In this document: positions 25,185 through 36,482 of the stretch, in pieces
Numbering within the stretch: position 1 is the first letter of the stretch
How the letters are laid out: each line of letters starts with the position of its first letter
Assembly: GCF_001194135.2 (NCBI RefSeq)
Contig: NC_068981.1
Span: forward strand, 13,131,583-13,176,064
Length of the DNA: 44,482 nucleotides
Direction of reading: 5' to 3'
From: Octopus bimaculoides
Taxonomy: Eukaryota
Program-made: the position numbers and the translations under genes
Notes under the pieces: generated by a model
Database searches by the model: none
The model's input: only the letters and a program-made list of their open reading frames with translations
What the model was told of the DNA's origin: nothing

Positions 25185-25455
25185 TGTATGTAGAGAAAAA
25201 TCAAAAACACTTCCTATTATAGTAGGTGCATTGGGTATGATAAAGAACATTCAGACAAATATGTAACAGAGACACCTGTATTTAAACTATATATATAGCA
25301 TACAGAAAATAACACTACTAGGCACCGCAAAAATCCTACGTAAAACACTTTAAATATAGTGCAAATAACAGCACCACAGCAAACCACAGCACATACCCAG
25401 GGCACATGAAGCTGCGCTCAGAAGTGTAGTGAAAGCACGTGATAAAACTAAGTCT
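25185..25455 (+). mobile_element. RLE retrotransposon 3' end, copy C (older, more diverged AAT-family member)
   Basis: LPIIVGALG...QKITLLGTAKILRKTL plus the shared 3' UTR (CACAGCAAACCACAGCACATACCC...GTGAAAGCACG). No AAT tail; abuts a SINE tail. Confidence 0.85.
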
Positions 25456-25663
25456 ACTCTTTACTCTTTATTTGTTTCAGTCATTTGACTGTGGCCATGC
25501 TGGAGCAACGCCTTTAGTCTAGCAAATCGACCCCTGAACTTATTCTTTGTAAGCCTAGTACTTATTCCATCGGTCTCTTAGGCCGAATCGCTAAGTTACG
25601 GGGACGTAAACACACCAGCGTCGGTTTTCAAGCGATGTTAGGAGGACAAACACAGACACACAA

Positions 25664-25708
<45 letters not shown>
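25456..25708 (-). mobile_element. SINE family 2, 3' half running into gap 25709-26235
   Basis: CTCTTTACTCTTTATTTGTTTCAGTCATTTGACTGTGGCCATGCTGGAGC... is the reverse complement of the family 2 tail; followed by (CA)n. Confidence 0.85.
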
Positions 25709-26235
25709 NNNNNNNNNNNNNNNNNNNNNNNNNNNNNNNNNNNNNNNNNNNNNNNNNNNNNNNNNNNNNNNNNNNNNNNNNNNNNNNNNNNNNNNNNNNN
25801 NNNNNNNNNNNNNNNNNNNNNNNNNNNNNNNNNNNNNNNNNNNNNNNNNNNNNNNNNNNNNNNNNNNNNNNNNNNNNNNNNNNNNNNNNNNNNNNNNNNN
25901 NNNNNNNNNNNNNNNNNNNNNNNNNNNNNNNNNNNNNNNNNNNNNNNNNNNNNNNNNNNNNNNNNNNNNNNNNNNNNNNNNNNNNNNNNNNNNNNNNNNN
26001 NNNNNNNNNNNNNNNNNNNNNNNNNNNNNNNNNNNNNNNNNNNNNNNNNNNNNNNNNNNNNNNNNNNNNNNNNNNNNNNNNNNNNNNNNNNNNNNNNNNN
26101 NNNNNNNNNNNNNNNNNNNNNNNNNNNNNNNNNNNNNNNNNNNNNNNNNNNNNNNNNNNNNNNNNNNNNNNNNNNNNNNNNNNNNNNNNNNNNNNNNNNN
26201 NNNNNNNNNNNNNNNNNNNNNNNNNNNNNNNNNNN

Positions 26236-26493
26236 AAACAGAAACAATTCCTATCATAGTAGGTGCCTTAGGTATAATAAAAAAATATTCAGACAAATAC
26301 ATAACAAAAATAGCAGGACTTACAAATATATATAACATACAGAAAATTGCACTACTGGGTACTGCACACATTCTACGCAAAACACTTTCAATACAGTAAA
26401 CATAAGAGCACCACAGCAAACCACAACACATACCCAAGGCGCACAGAGCTGCGCTCGGTAGTGAAGTGAAAGCACGTTATAAAAATAAAACTA

Positions 26494-26496
<3 letters not shown>
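26236..26496 (+). mobile_element. RLE retrotransposon 3' end, copy D, followed by (AAT)n 26497-26545
   Basis: TETIPIIVGALGIIKKYSDKYITKIAGLTNIYNIQKIALLGTAHILRKTLSIQ* plus a ~100-nt 3' UTR ending AAACTACTG. Confidence 0.9.
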
Positions 26497-26531
<35 letters not shown>

Positions 26532-27516
26532 TGATAATAAAAATAAAAATAATAGCAACAACAACAATTCAATCATAAAATCCAATAGGATAGTCAAGCT
26601 ATCAGCGTCAGTATTTCAATCCGAAAGCTTGAAAGGCAATGTTGATTATACAATTACCCAAATAATCAATTAAGAGAACTAAATGAAATCATATACGCAA
26701 TTAACGTTAACATCCCAACAGCTATTTACTAAACGAGTAATTTATTCCTGAATAATTTTTTATTAATAAACTAACAACCCGAAGAGAATCGAACAAATGG
26801 GAATTTCTAAGCACAGTGGAAAGTATGAGAAACAGTTGTAATGTGATATACTCTGTCAGTTACTGAAAGCAACACTTCTGCTGATCCCTTTAGAAGATTG
26901 TCTACTGCTGCTTAACAGGTATTTTAATACGTATTACTTTGAATAATTTATTCGCTGATGCTAAGAATATCAAAATCCTGTGATGAGAATTTTGTCTCTG
27001 CAAAGAATTAAGCTTGTTTAAATGTGTCTTGTGAAATCCATGCAACAATGATGTGCGTGATTCAACAATTATGAGAACGAAATGTATATAAAGCAGTTTT
27101 ATGTTAGTTAAGAGTAATGTTATATTACAAAAGACGACTATAATTACGCTTTGTATAGATAACATATTTCCGGAAAAGAATTCCGTTAACTAAATAACAG
27201 CAAACAGCAAACGTTAGATTCATTACGCTCTTGATATGATGGAAACATCATTATTAACTGAGTCTTGGTATTTTAATGGCAATATCACTGCTTCACTTGT
27301 ATCTAAATTATAAATTACTCAATACTGAACGATATTACATATCCATACGACGTACAGCTCTTTGTAATCGATATTAGAGCGAGATTAAGTTTTTAAAAAC
27401 GAATGAAAATGGTCTCACCGAATAGGAAAATATTTATGAAGGATTTGCACATTAGTTAAATTATTGAGAGAATCACATGATATTTCTTCAAAATTTGCGA
27501 AAACACTCTAATAATG

Positions 27517-27578
<62 letters not shown>

Positions 27579-27579
<1 letters not shown>

Positions 27580-28483
27580 CAAAAGAAATAGACAGAGAAA
27601 AATCCCAGCAATGGTTGAGAAGCTCAGGACTCAAAGCAGAGACTGAAGGATTTTTAATTGCAGCACAAGACCAAAGCCTCCCCAACAGAAATTACCAAAA
27701 ACATATAATGAAAAGAAACATAAAAAGTAACTGTAGAATATGTGGAGATGGACAAGAAACAATAAATNNNNNNNNNNNNNNNNNNNNNNNNNNNNNNNNN
27801 NNNNNNNNNNNNNNNNNNNNNNNNNNNNNNNNNNNNNNNNNNNNNNNNNNNNNNNNNNNNNNNNNNNNNNNNNNNNNNNNNNNNNNNNNNNNNNNNNNNN
27901 NNNNNNNNNNNNNNNNNNNNNNNNNNNNNNNNNNNNNNNNNNNNNNNNNNNNNNNNNNNNNNNNNNNNNNNNNNNNNNNNNNNNNNNNNNNNNNNNNNNN
28001 NNNNNNNNNNNNNNNNNNNNNNNNNNNNNNNNNNNNNNNNNNNNNNNNNNNNNNNNNNNNNNNNNNNNNNNNNNNNNNNNNNNNNNNNNNNNNNNNNNNN
28101 NNNNNNNNNNNNNNNNNNNNNNNNNNNNNNNACAAGCAGATGACAACGTTTCCCTAAAATAAATGGAAAAACTTTCAAAATACAAAGACCTGGAAATAGA
28201 GGTAACTCGAATGTGGAATCTAAAAACAGAAACAATTCCTATCATAGTAGGTGCCTTAGGTATAATAAAAAATATTCAGACAAATACATAACAAAAACAC
28301 CAGGACTTACAAATATATATAACATACAGAACATTGCACTACTGGGCACTGCACACATCCTACGCAAAACACTTTCAATACAGTAACCATAAGAGCATCA
28401 CAGCAAACCACAGCACATACCCAAGGCGCACAGAGCTGCGCTCGCTAGTGAGGTGAAAGCACGTTATAAAAATAAAACTACTG
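27579..28483 (+). mobile_element. RLE retrotransposon copy E between (AAT)n arrays (27508-27578 and 28484-28510), spanning gap 27768-28131
   Basis: AKEIDREKSQQWLRSSGLKAETEGFLIAAQDQSL...CRICGDGQETIN before the gap; ADDNVSLK*MEKLSKYKDLEIEVTRMWNLKTETIPIIVGALG and 3' UTR after it. Confidence 0.9.
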
Positions 28484-28514
28484 AACAATGATAATAATAA
28501 TAATAATAACAAAC

Positions 28515-28637
28515 ATTTGTATTATAAGGACAAGGCCTGAAATTTTCTGGGGGGGTGAGTTGATTAGACCGACCCCAGTACACAAATGGCACTTAATCTA
28601 TCGACCCCGAACGGATGTAAGGCAAAGGCGAACTCGG
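28515..28637 (-). mobile_element. SINE family 1, 3' part
   Basis: Reverse complement CCTTACATCCGTTCGGGGTCGATAGATTAAGTGCC...GGGGTCGGTCTAATCAACT...GGCCTTGTCC matches family 1. Confidence 0.75.
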
Positions 28638-29016
28638 GATAGTGCTCATGGGATCTGCCCATATCCTACGTAAAATACTGTCTATGTAATCACAAATTTT
28701 AAAACACACTCATAATTTTCTTGTTTTCTTAAACATTCACTACAACAATACTATGTGCAAAACCAAACATAAGACACCCTAGGCATAACAACAACATGCA
28801 CTCCTAACTTGCTGTCTCTTATGGTCTGTGGGTGAGACTTGGAACCAACTTGTAAAAATAGAAAGGAAAAGTCACGCATACAATAACGATAATATTAATA
28901 ATAATAATAATAATAAGAAGAAGAAGAATTCCAGTGTATTAATTAAAATTTACTTTTATCACACAGTTGTTTTACAAAAAAAAAAAGGGTTCTCGAAATA
29001 TATATTTCAGCTTTTT

Positions 29017-29051
29017 GCCGGAAATTCCGCAAGAAGATATATACTTCCGGT
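29017..29051. promoter_or_regulatory. Pair of ETS-like motifs (CCGGAAAT, ACTTCCGGT); possible promoter
   Basis: Motif match only; no associated transcript evidence. Confidence 0.2.
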
Positions 29052-30032
29052 GTAATCAGGACTGTGGTGGTAACTGTTTTTATATCGTATATTCAATAAC
29101 AAAAACAGGTTATACGTTCAGTAGTTTCCATTATAAGTAAATTGAATTATTGCAGGAAAGGTCGTGTGTAATTTGATTTCATTTAAATAACATAATTTAA
29201 AAAACTAAANNNNNNNNNNNNNNNNNNNNNNNNNNNNNNNNNNNNNNNNNNNNNNNNNNNNNNNNNNNNNNNNNNNNNNNNNNNNNNNNNNNNNNNNNNN
29301 NNNNNNNNNNNNNNNNNNNNNNNNNNNNNNNNNNNNNNNNNNNNNNNNNNNNNNNNNNNNNNNNNNNNNNNNNNNNNNNNNNNNNNNNNNNNNNNNNNNN
29401 NNNNNNNNNNNNNNNNNNNNNNNNNNNNNNNNNNNNNNNNNNNNNNNNNNNNNNNNNNNNNNNNNNNNNNNNNNNNNNNNNNNNNNNNNNNNNNNNNNNN
29501 NNNNNNNNNNNNNNNNNNNNNNNNNNNNNNNNNNNNNNNNNNNNNNNNNNNNNNNNNNNNNNNNNNNNNNNNNNNNNNNNNNNNNNNNNNNNNNNNNNNN
29601 NNNNNNNNNNNNNNNNNNNNNNNNNNNNNNNNNNNNNNNNNNNNNNNNNNNNNNNNNNNNNNNNNNNNNNNNNNNNNNNNNNNNNNNNNNNNNNNNNNNN
29701 NNNNNNNNNNNNNNNNNNNNNNNNNNNNNNNNNNNNNNNNNNNNNNNNNNNNNNNNNNNNNNNNNNNNNNNNNNNNNNNNNNNNNNNNNNNNNNNNNNNN
29801 NNNNNNNNNNNNNNNNNNNNNNNNNNNNNNNNNNNNNNNNNNNNNNNNNNNNNNNNNNNNNNNNNNNNNNNNNNNNNNNNNNNNNNNNNNNNNNNNNNNN
29901 NNNNNNNNNNNNNNNNNNNNNNNNNNNNNNNNNNNNNNNNNNNNNNNNNNNNNNNNNNNNNNNNNNNNNNNNNNNNNNNNNNNNNNNNNNNNNNNNNNNN
30001 NNNNNNNNNNNNNNNNNNNNNNNNNNNNNNNN

Positions 30033-30069
<37 letters not shown>

Positions 30070-30237
30070 TACGACAAGCGTCTTTCAATTTCCACCTACC
30101 AAATCCACTCACAAGGCATTGGTCGGCCACAGGCAATAGTAGAAGACACTAGTCCAAGGTGCTACGCAGTGGGACACTGAACGCGGAAACGTGTGGTTGG
30201 TAAGCAAGGTACTTACCACACAGCTACTCCTACGCCT
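30033..30237 (-). mobile_element. SINE family 2, 5' half adjoining gap 29210-30032
   Basis: Reverse complement of the head (GGCGTAGGAGTAGCTGTGTGGTAAG...GTTCAGTGTCCCACTGCG...GGATTTGGTAGGTGGAAATTGAAAGACGC) matches 5406-5570. Confidence 0.85.
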
Positions 30238-31009
30238 ATGTTATCTACATTAAATGGAAGGAGGGTTGTAAGTAATCATGCATCTGAAAGTCACATCTAC
30301 TATACGTATTGCAACTGTAAGTATATAATCCCTATCACGGGGACAGGGTTAATAATCAATTGTATTATTTGAACTTATTCATTGATTAAAACTTGCAAGT
30401 TTAATATTGGCATAAATTATGAGTTATTTTTTTTTAGCAGTTTACTTCAAACTGCGTTTATATTGACTGGATATGTTTGTAGTTGTTTCGCCTTGGTTAC
30501 CCCCACGTATTGCTTGAAAAAGATATACAGTTTCAAAATTCTAATTCAGAAGAAATGATTAATTAATTGAGAATTAGTCTGAAAATAAATTTAAATTACT
30601 GTAGGGCAAACTTATATTGATAAAGTACGTACTATTTTTAGATGAAAGATATAAATATGTATTGCTTTCAGTGCCCTGGCGTTAACGAAATGTTCGTAAA
30701 TCAAAACATTATCTAAAAAATATTGAACCATAAACTGAGTCAAAAACAAAATTAATTTCCAATATTTTTCATCTGATGTTAAAACAGACATGTAAATCTT
30801 CATTAATTTCGATTGTTTACAAGTGAATAACATCTCTTTCTATATATATAGTATTGTTGTTCATATAAAAACTTCACCTAACTTGATTTAATGAGTCGAA
30901 TCGCTGTGATATGAATAGAAAATGTATGCTCTTAGTTTTCAGTCTTCCTTTTTTTTTTTCTTCCGGAAAATTACTTTTGCTCAGGCAATAAAAACGCAGA
31001 CATAATTAT

Positions 31010-31190
31010 AGTATTGTGTCCATCCAAACTTCAGCGCTCACATTAAGCACTTCAGCAGTTGACCTTTCCCACAACATCACCTCCTGGAAATTATTCCATC
31101 CTATATTTTTCCTGCAGCCGTCAAATCGAAGCAATTCAAGAGGAACATTAAAAACATCTATCTCACAACCATTTCCTCTAAACCAAAACA
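31010..31190 (+). mobile_element. Possible CR1/L2-group LINE 3' end remnant
   Basis: Frame reading IPSYIFPAAVKSKQFKRNIKNIYL resembles WNSLP..FP...FK LINE C-termini. Confidence 0.35.
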
Positions 31191-32489
31191 AGAGAATAAT
31201 TGATAAGAAATTTGTAATTTTATCAAAGATTTGCTAATTTACTATATGAGTATAATATTTATTAAATTGCTTGCTAAATGTAATAATTTACTTTTCGTAT
31301 CTCATTTACTTCTTCTGGTCATTCTTCAGGCTGTAAAAGAAGCACGTCTGCAATGACAAAAAATAAATTATTAAGCAAGTAATTATATAATTGTTTCACA
31401 TATTTGCTAAAAGAAGTAAATCAATAAAAAGAAAATTTGCTTGAATTATTTTGTTAGTTACTTTAATAAGATGATTTTGTTTTTAATTAATCAACTTCCA
31501 ATAATTTAACGGAATTAAAATTATGTTTTTAACATTGCAATTTCTCTAATTATTGTTCGATATCTTTTAATGACTTCATTATTTAAATTTTGCAATAATT
31601 AATACCTCACCAACTGACTGTAGTGTCATTAAGATTTATATATTTTCTATAATGATAACTGACTTTGGCACGAAATCACAAATAAATAAGCGAAAAGTAT
31701 GATATATCTAATCACTCCGATCCAAGAAAGTTATTAGTTATGCTGTTCTTTTCTTTAATATAGTTTAAATCCATATTAAAATTATTCGACAAGAGATATA
31801 ATCAAATACATTGTAATTTTATATTTTAAGCAAAGGAATTATTCACGAACAGTACCCAATATCGTCATTATCTGCGTTATCTGCGAGAAATGTGACTACT
31901 ATCTCTAGTATATCAAATGACCCCACTGAAAACTACAGCTTCATGATAGCAGGATAAAAAGGCGAATGTTGTTACTGAGATTAGAAAACAAAGTAGAAAT
32001 ATTACAATTTAATAATTACCAGTTAAGTTTCCATGATCATGAAGTCTCTGTCGTCCACGACTACTTTTACAAAAGGATGTAGATTGAACTTGGAATTATG
32101 CTAAGAGAATAAAGTAAGTTGCCTGCACATGCATGTTTAACTGTGCAGATGTGTGAGATACTGCTACTGAAAAAACTGTATAGGCGTTTATGCCAGATTC
32201 ATAAAATAACAGATGGTATCTAACATTGTGGTCGAAGTGGTGGAGTAAATTGCTTCTTTTTAGCAACACAGGAGACACAGAACCTCAATCTCTCACACGC
32301 ACACACACACATACACACACACACACATACACAAACACACACACTCAGACATTCTCAGAGAAACCAGCACAAACGCAACAGTCTCTCATCTATAGATAGA
32401 TAGAAGTAGTGTATCATGTATTCTATAAGAGTAAAGGTTATATTTGGTAATTGCTGGTTAACATTGATTTATTCCCACGTCGTAAATGA

Positions 32490-33018
32490 GTGTGTGTAGT
32501 TTGTCCGTCGAGTGGGGGCGGGCTTGTTTTGTGAGTCCGTAGATGGCTAGTGAGGCCAATCTGCGCCTGAAAGAGTCTTTGACAGTATGGACAGGGAATG
32601 GTAGCGCCTGCTACAAGGTTGTTAGCTCTGTTCTTCTTGGCTTGTCTGCGGTCTTCTGCAGCAGCGATCCTATTGGTCTCGCATTTGTTGGCAGCCCCCA
32701 AGTTGCATGGTCGATGTTGAAGGCTTTCAGTGAGGCTTTCAGTGTGTCCTTAAAGCGCTCCTTCTGGCCGTCTTGTGAGCGCTTTCCCTTTTGCAGCTCA
32801 CCAAAGAGCAATCTTTTTGGTAATCGATCATCGGACATGCGAGCGACGTGCCCTGCCCAGCGAAGCTGAGACTGGATCACGATGGTATGGATGCTTAGCA
32901 GGTTAGCACGCATTAGTACGTCGGTGTCCGGGATCCTGTCCCGCCACTTTATGCCGAGAAGTTTTCTGAGGCGTACTGTATGAAAGTGGTTCAGCTTCCT
33001 GGCATTACGCTGGTCACC
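32490..33018 (-). mobile_element. RTE/BovB-like LINE 3' end, 5'-truncated
   Basis: RKLNHFHTVRLRKLLGIKWRDRIPDTDVL, QLRWAGHVARMSDDRLPKRLLFGEL, and terminal C2H2 finger CPYCQRLFQAQIGLTSHLRTH. Confidence 0.9.
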
Positions 33019-33192
33019 GTAAATGAGTAATGCCTGACAGTTAAGCGATATGTTATTCCATTGGTTTGTATTTACATTGTACGTTTTCTTGGTCTAAGTA
33101 TGTTATGATTGTCTTCAGGATTTGTGTGGTTTAGTCAATTTTATATTATGTTTCTTTTAGTTGAAATATTCGTTGAAATATATTTTCTATCC

Positions 33193-33394
33193 CTGTGGGA
33201 TGAAGTTAAAATGATAGATAGAGAACACAACTGGAAAATACGAAAACTAAAAGAAGCAGTACATATGTTAGGATACAATAACCGCCAAAGCAGGCCGGCT
33301 GCAGATATGAGTATCATATTGGAACCGGTATTATGGAAGAGGGTAGGAAAATATTAGATTTATACACACTGAAATTCACTCCGTAATTACCCAC
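33193..33394 (+). mobile_element. Penelope-like element ORF C-terminus (GIY-YIG endonuclease tail) and downstream sequence
   Basis: LWDEVKMIDREHNWKIRKLKEAVHMLGYNNRQSRP resembles the W..VKI.D.E..W..RK.KEA C-terminus of PLE GIY-YIG domains. Confidence 0.6.
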
Positions 33395-33449
33395 GGGCAT
33401 ATGGCGTAGTGGTCAAGAGCGCGGGATACTAACCCAAGATTCCGAGTTC
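33395..33449 (+). ncRNA. tRNA-like segment (A box intact, B box truncated); not a functional tRNA
   Basis: GGGCATA-TGGCGTAGTGG-TCAAGAGCGC-GGG ATACTAA CCC-AAGATTCCGAGTTC, then breaks into TG(AAT)n. No T-arm closure and no 3' acceptor strand. Confidence 0.7.
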
Positions 33450-33479
33450 TGAATAATAATACTACTAATAATAATAATG

Positions 33480-33556
<77 letters not shown>

Positions 33557-33561
<5 letters not shown>

Positions 33562-34190
33562 TAAATCATATCTGGCTGCCCAGTCCTGACTAAGAAGGAA
33601 TATATTCACAGGCACGACAGAGCTGGGACCTATATACACTGGAAGCTATGCCAACACTCTGGAATAACAACAGAAAAAAGATGGTATAAACACACGCCAG
33701 AAAAGGTCACAGAAAACGAGAAAGCAACCATACTCTGGGATATGCCAATACACACAGATAGAGAAATTAAGGCAAATATACCAGATATAGTTGTCAAAGA
33801 TCACGAAGAAAAAAAATGCTTTCTAATTGATGTATCAATACCAGCGGATGACAACGTTTCTCTAAAAGAAATGGAAAAACTTTCAAAATACAAAGACCTG
33901 GAAATAGGTAACTCGAATGTGGAATCTAAAAACAGAAACAATTCCTATCATAGTAGGTGCTTTAGGTATAATAAAAAAATATACAGACAAATACATAACA
34001 AAAACACCAGGACTTACAAATATATATAACATAGAGAAAATTGCACTACTGGGTACTGCACACATTCTACGCAAAACACTTTCAATACAGTAAGCATAAG
34101 AGCACCACAGCAAACCACAGCACATACCCAAGGCGCACATAGCTGCGCTCGGTAGTGAAGTGAAAGCACGTTATAAAAATAAAACTACTG
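33557..34190 (+). mobile_element. RLE retrotransposon copy F between (AAT)n arrays (33451-33556 and 34191-34220)
   Basis: INH..GCPVL.KKEYIHRHD...WYKHTPEKVTENEKATILWDMPIHTDREIKANIPDIVVKDHEEKKCFLIDVSIPADDNVSLKEMEKLSKYKDLEI, plus the shared 3' UTR. Small indels present. Confidence 0.92.
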
Positions 34191-34220
34191 AACAATGATA
34201 ATAATAATAATAATAATAAT

Positions 34221-34385
34221 ATCGAAAAATACGTTAGGAATGAGAACCCAGGTTCGAAATTTCCCCAAGACACCTGAGGGTATATCAGGCGAAACGTTGT
34301 GTTAACAACAAACAAGACGAGGACAAATATTCCTCAAATGTATATAATGTATATAATTTCCTCATCTCTTGAATATAGAACTGTA
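34221..34385 (+). mobile_element. Penelope-like pLTR segment with a deleted hammerhead core
   Basis: Homologous to 14412-14517 and the reverse complement of 14303-14411, but lacks 11 nt (TGAAGGCTAGA-like) of the core and stem II. Confidence 0.75.
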
Positions 34386-34559
34386 TTAAGTTTTATATGT
34401 CGCGTTGTTTCAAGGCGATTAAAGCACGATAATAAAAGTGATATTTTGTCCCGCTAGTCTACTTGTGGTGAGTTTTACTTATGTTTTCAGGTTTGCAATA
34501 TTCGTTATATAGTGAGGGGCAGGAATATATATTGGCTTATGATCTTTAATCAGTCTGTA

Positions 34560-35190
34560 TGTTTGCAGATGTATGATGGTTATTCCTAAGCTTATTATTA
34601 TTTTACCATTTTATGTTTTGGCAACATTTCTTGTCGACAAATGAATCCAGTTATACATTTCAGGATGGTATCCGGTGTGATGGGAGACTACTGGGGGTGA
34701 GGTCTACATCAACTTTTGTAAATGTATTTTTTCTGGGAGAAAGTCGCTTTAATTTAGAACCAGATATTCAGAGAATGATAATGGACACCAGGGATCTTTT
34801 ACTTGCGATTGCGAACATGGCGCTGCCATATTTCTCAGCAAGTGACCTACATAATCACTCGGTACCTTGCCTCAGTTTGTCTCTGGATAGTGTCAATGGA
34901 GTGGAGAAGGTCTATCAGGTGCCATGCAAATCATATTGGACCTAAAGTTTGCACTGACATTGCAGACATTTTTCATGGGCATTGAAAGGAGATACTCAGC
35001 TCGAAGTTTGAAGTGGCTTAATTTTTTTTTCTGGGAAGGAACGACACATCATTTGAAGCGCATAGAAACTGACGTTCCTTTTGCAGTTCGATCTACAATT
35101 TTAAAGAGTTTGGAGGGGCTGTCTACCCAATTGCCGTTTAATGACACAGCGTCTGCACTTGCAAGGAGATCCATTTGCTATTCTGATAAG
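34560..35190 (-). mobile_element. Decayed CR1/L2-group LINE RT C-terminal region
   Basis: Scattered minus-strand motifs across frameshifts (RSNMIC for VRP.MEY, IDTIQR, RHVR, HYHSL), typical of post-RT jockey-group segments. Confidence 0.45.
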
Positions 35191-35754
35191 TGCCTATACT
35201 CCTTTATTTGACTAGTTGTGATGAATATAAAGCTACTGTCTATGCCAAGATGACAGTTATACTCTGGAAATCTCAAGTAAGATAAAGTAATTCTACATCG
35301 GTATTTTAATGTCAGAGTTGAAATATACTGGCAAACAAGCTATTCATGCTCCTAATGTTTGAAGCGTTAGACGTTCAGATGTAAGGAAGCCTACAAATTT
35401 AAGATGAATATGGTATTTATTTTCCAGGCACTTACTTTATGCACAAAGCTGAACACACAACACATATGCGCCCAAAGACTAAAGTTTGGCTCTTTCTGTA
35501 TTATGTTATCATTCATAAGCGTGGTATTAGTGATAATTGTAATATAAAGTCCTTTCATCGATCGTACTGTTAGATAGACCAATGTGCGGTGCGAGCAAAT
35601 TTCCGGATGTTAACTAGAGTGAAGGAGAAAAGAGGGGCAGCCGAGGTTCTTCAGCACCTGAATCTCCGTAAGATATATGATCCTACAATGAGGAAATATT
35701 ACATGCGGGAAGTTTGGAAACCACATATTTCAATGTACTGCTGAAGCATGGGAA

Positions 35755-36143
35755 TTGTTGTTGTTGGCACTCCGTCACTTACGACGTCGAGGATTCCAGT
35801 TGATTCGTTCAACGGAACAGCCTGCTCGTGAAATTAACGTGCAAGTGGCTGAGCACTCCTCAGACACGTTTACCCTTAACGTAGTTCTCAGGGATATTCA
35901 GCGTGACACAGTGTGACAAGGCTGAACCTTTGAATTACAGGCACAACAGACACAGGAAGTAAGAGTGAGAGAAAGTTGTAGTGGAAGAGTACAACAGGGT
36001 TCGCCACTATTCCCTGCCGGAGCCTCGTGTAGCTTTAGGTGTTTTCGCTCAATAAACACTCACAACGGCCGGTCTGGGAATCGAAACCGCGATCCTATGA
36101 CCGCGGGTCCGCTGCCCTAACCACTGGGCCATTGCGCTTCCTC
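35755..36143 (-). mobile_element. SINE family 3, full length (tRNA head, body, (CAA)n tail)
   Basis: A box TGGCCCAGTGG (36131-36121), B box GTTTCGATTCC (36087-36077), and a 3' end ...GACGGAGTGCCAACAACAACAA. Confidence 0.85.
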
Positions 36144-36482
36144 GAAGCATGGGAATATACTACAGCAAATCATAGGGACTGGCTTGATGAAAAAAAAACA
36201 AAAACAAACAGTGGAAAACTAAGGAGATATACCAGTGCAAACATTTCAGGCATGCGCAGGAAGGAGGGGTGGGGTCACCTTTGATTTTGAAAAGAATAAC
36301 GTGTGTGATTTTGCTACTCCTGGACAAGTTATCTTAAAATATGATTTTTAATGGAAAATGATAGCAATGTCGTTTCCCATATTCATATATTTCTCCAAAT
36401 CGCGATCACTCGTAGCCACGAGGAGGTTATAAATAATTACTATCCATTAATACAAGTATGGGCGTTTCACTGTAGAGGCTTG

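Noticed and set aside
33395-33449. Functional tRNA gene
   Set aside because: T-arm and 3' acceptor strand are missing and the B box is broken; kept only as a tRNA-like segment.
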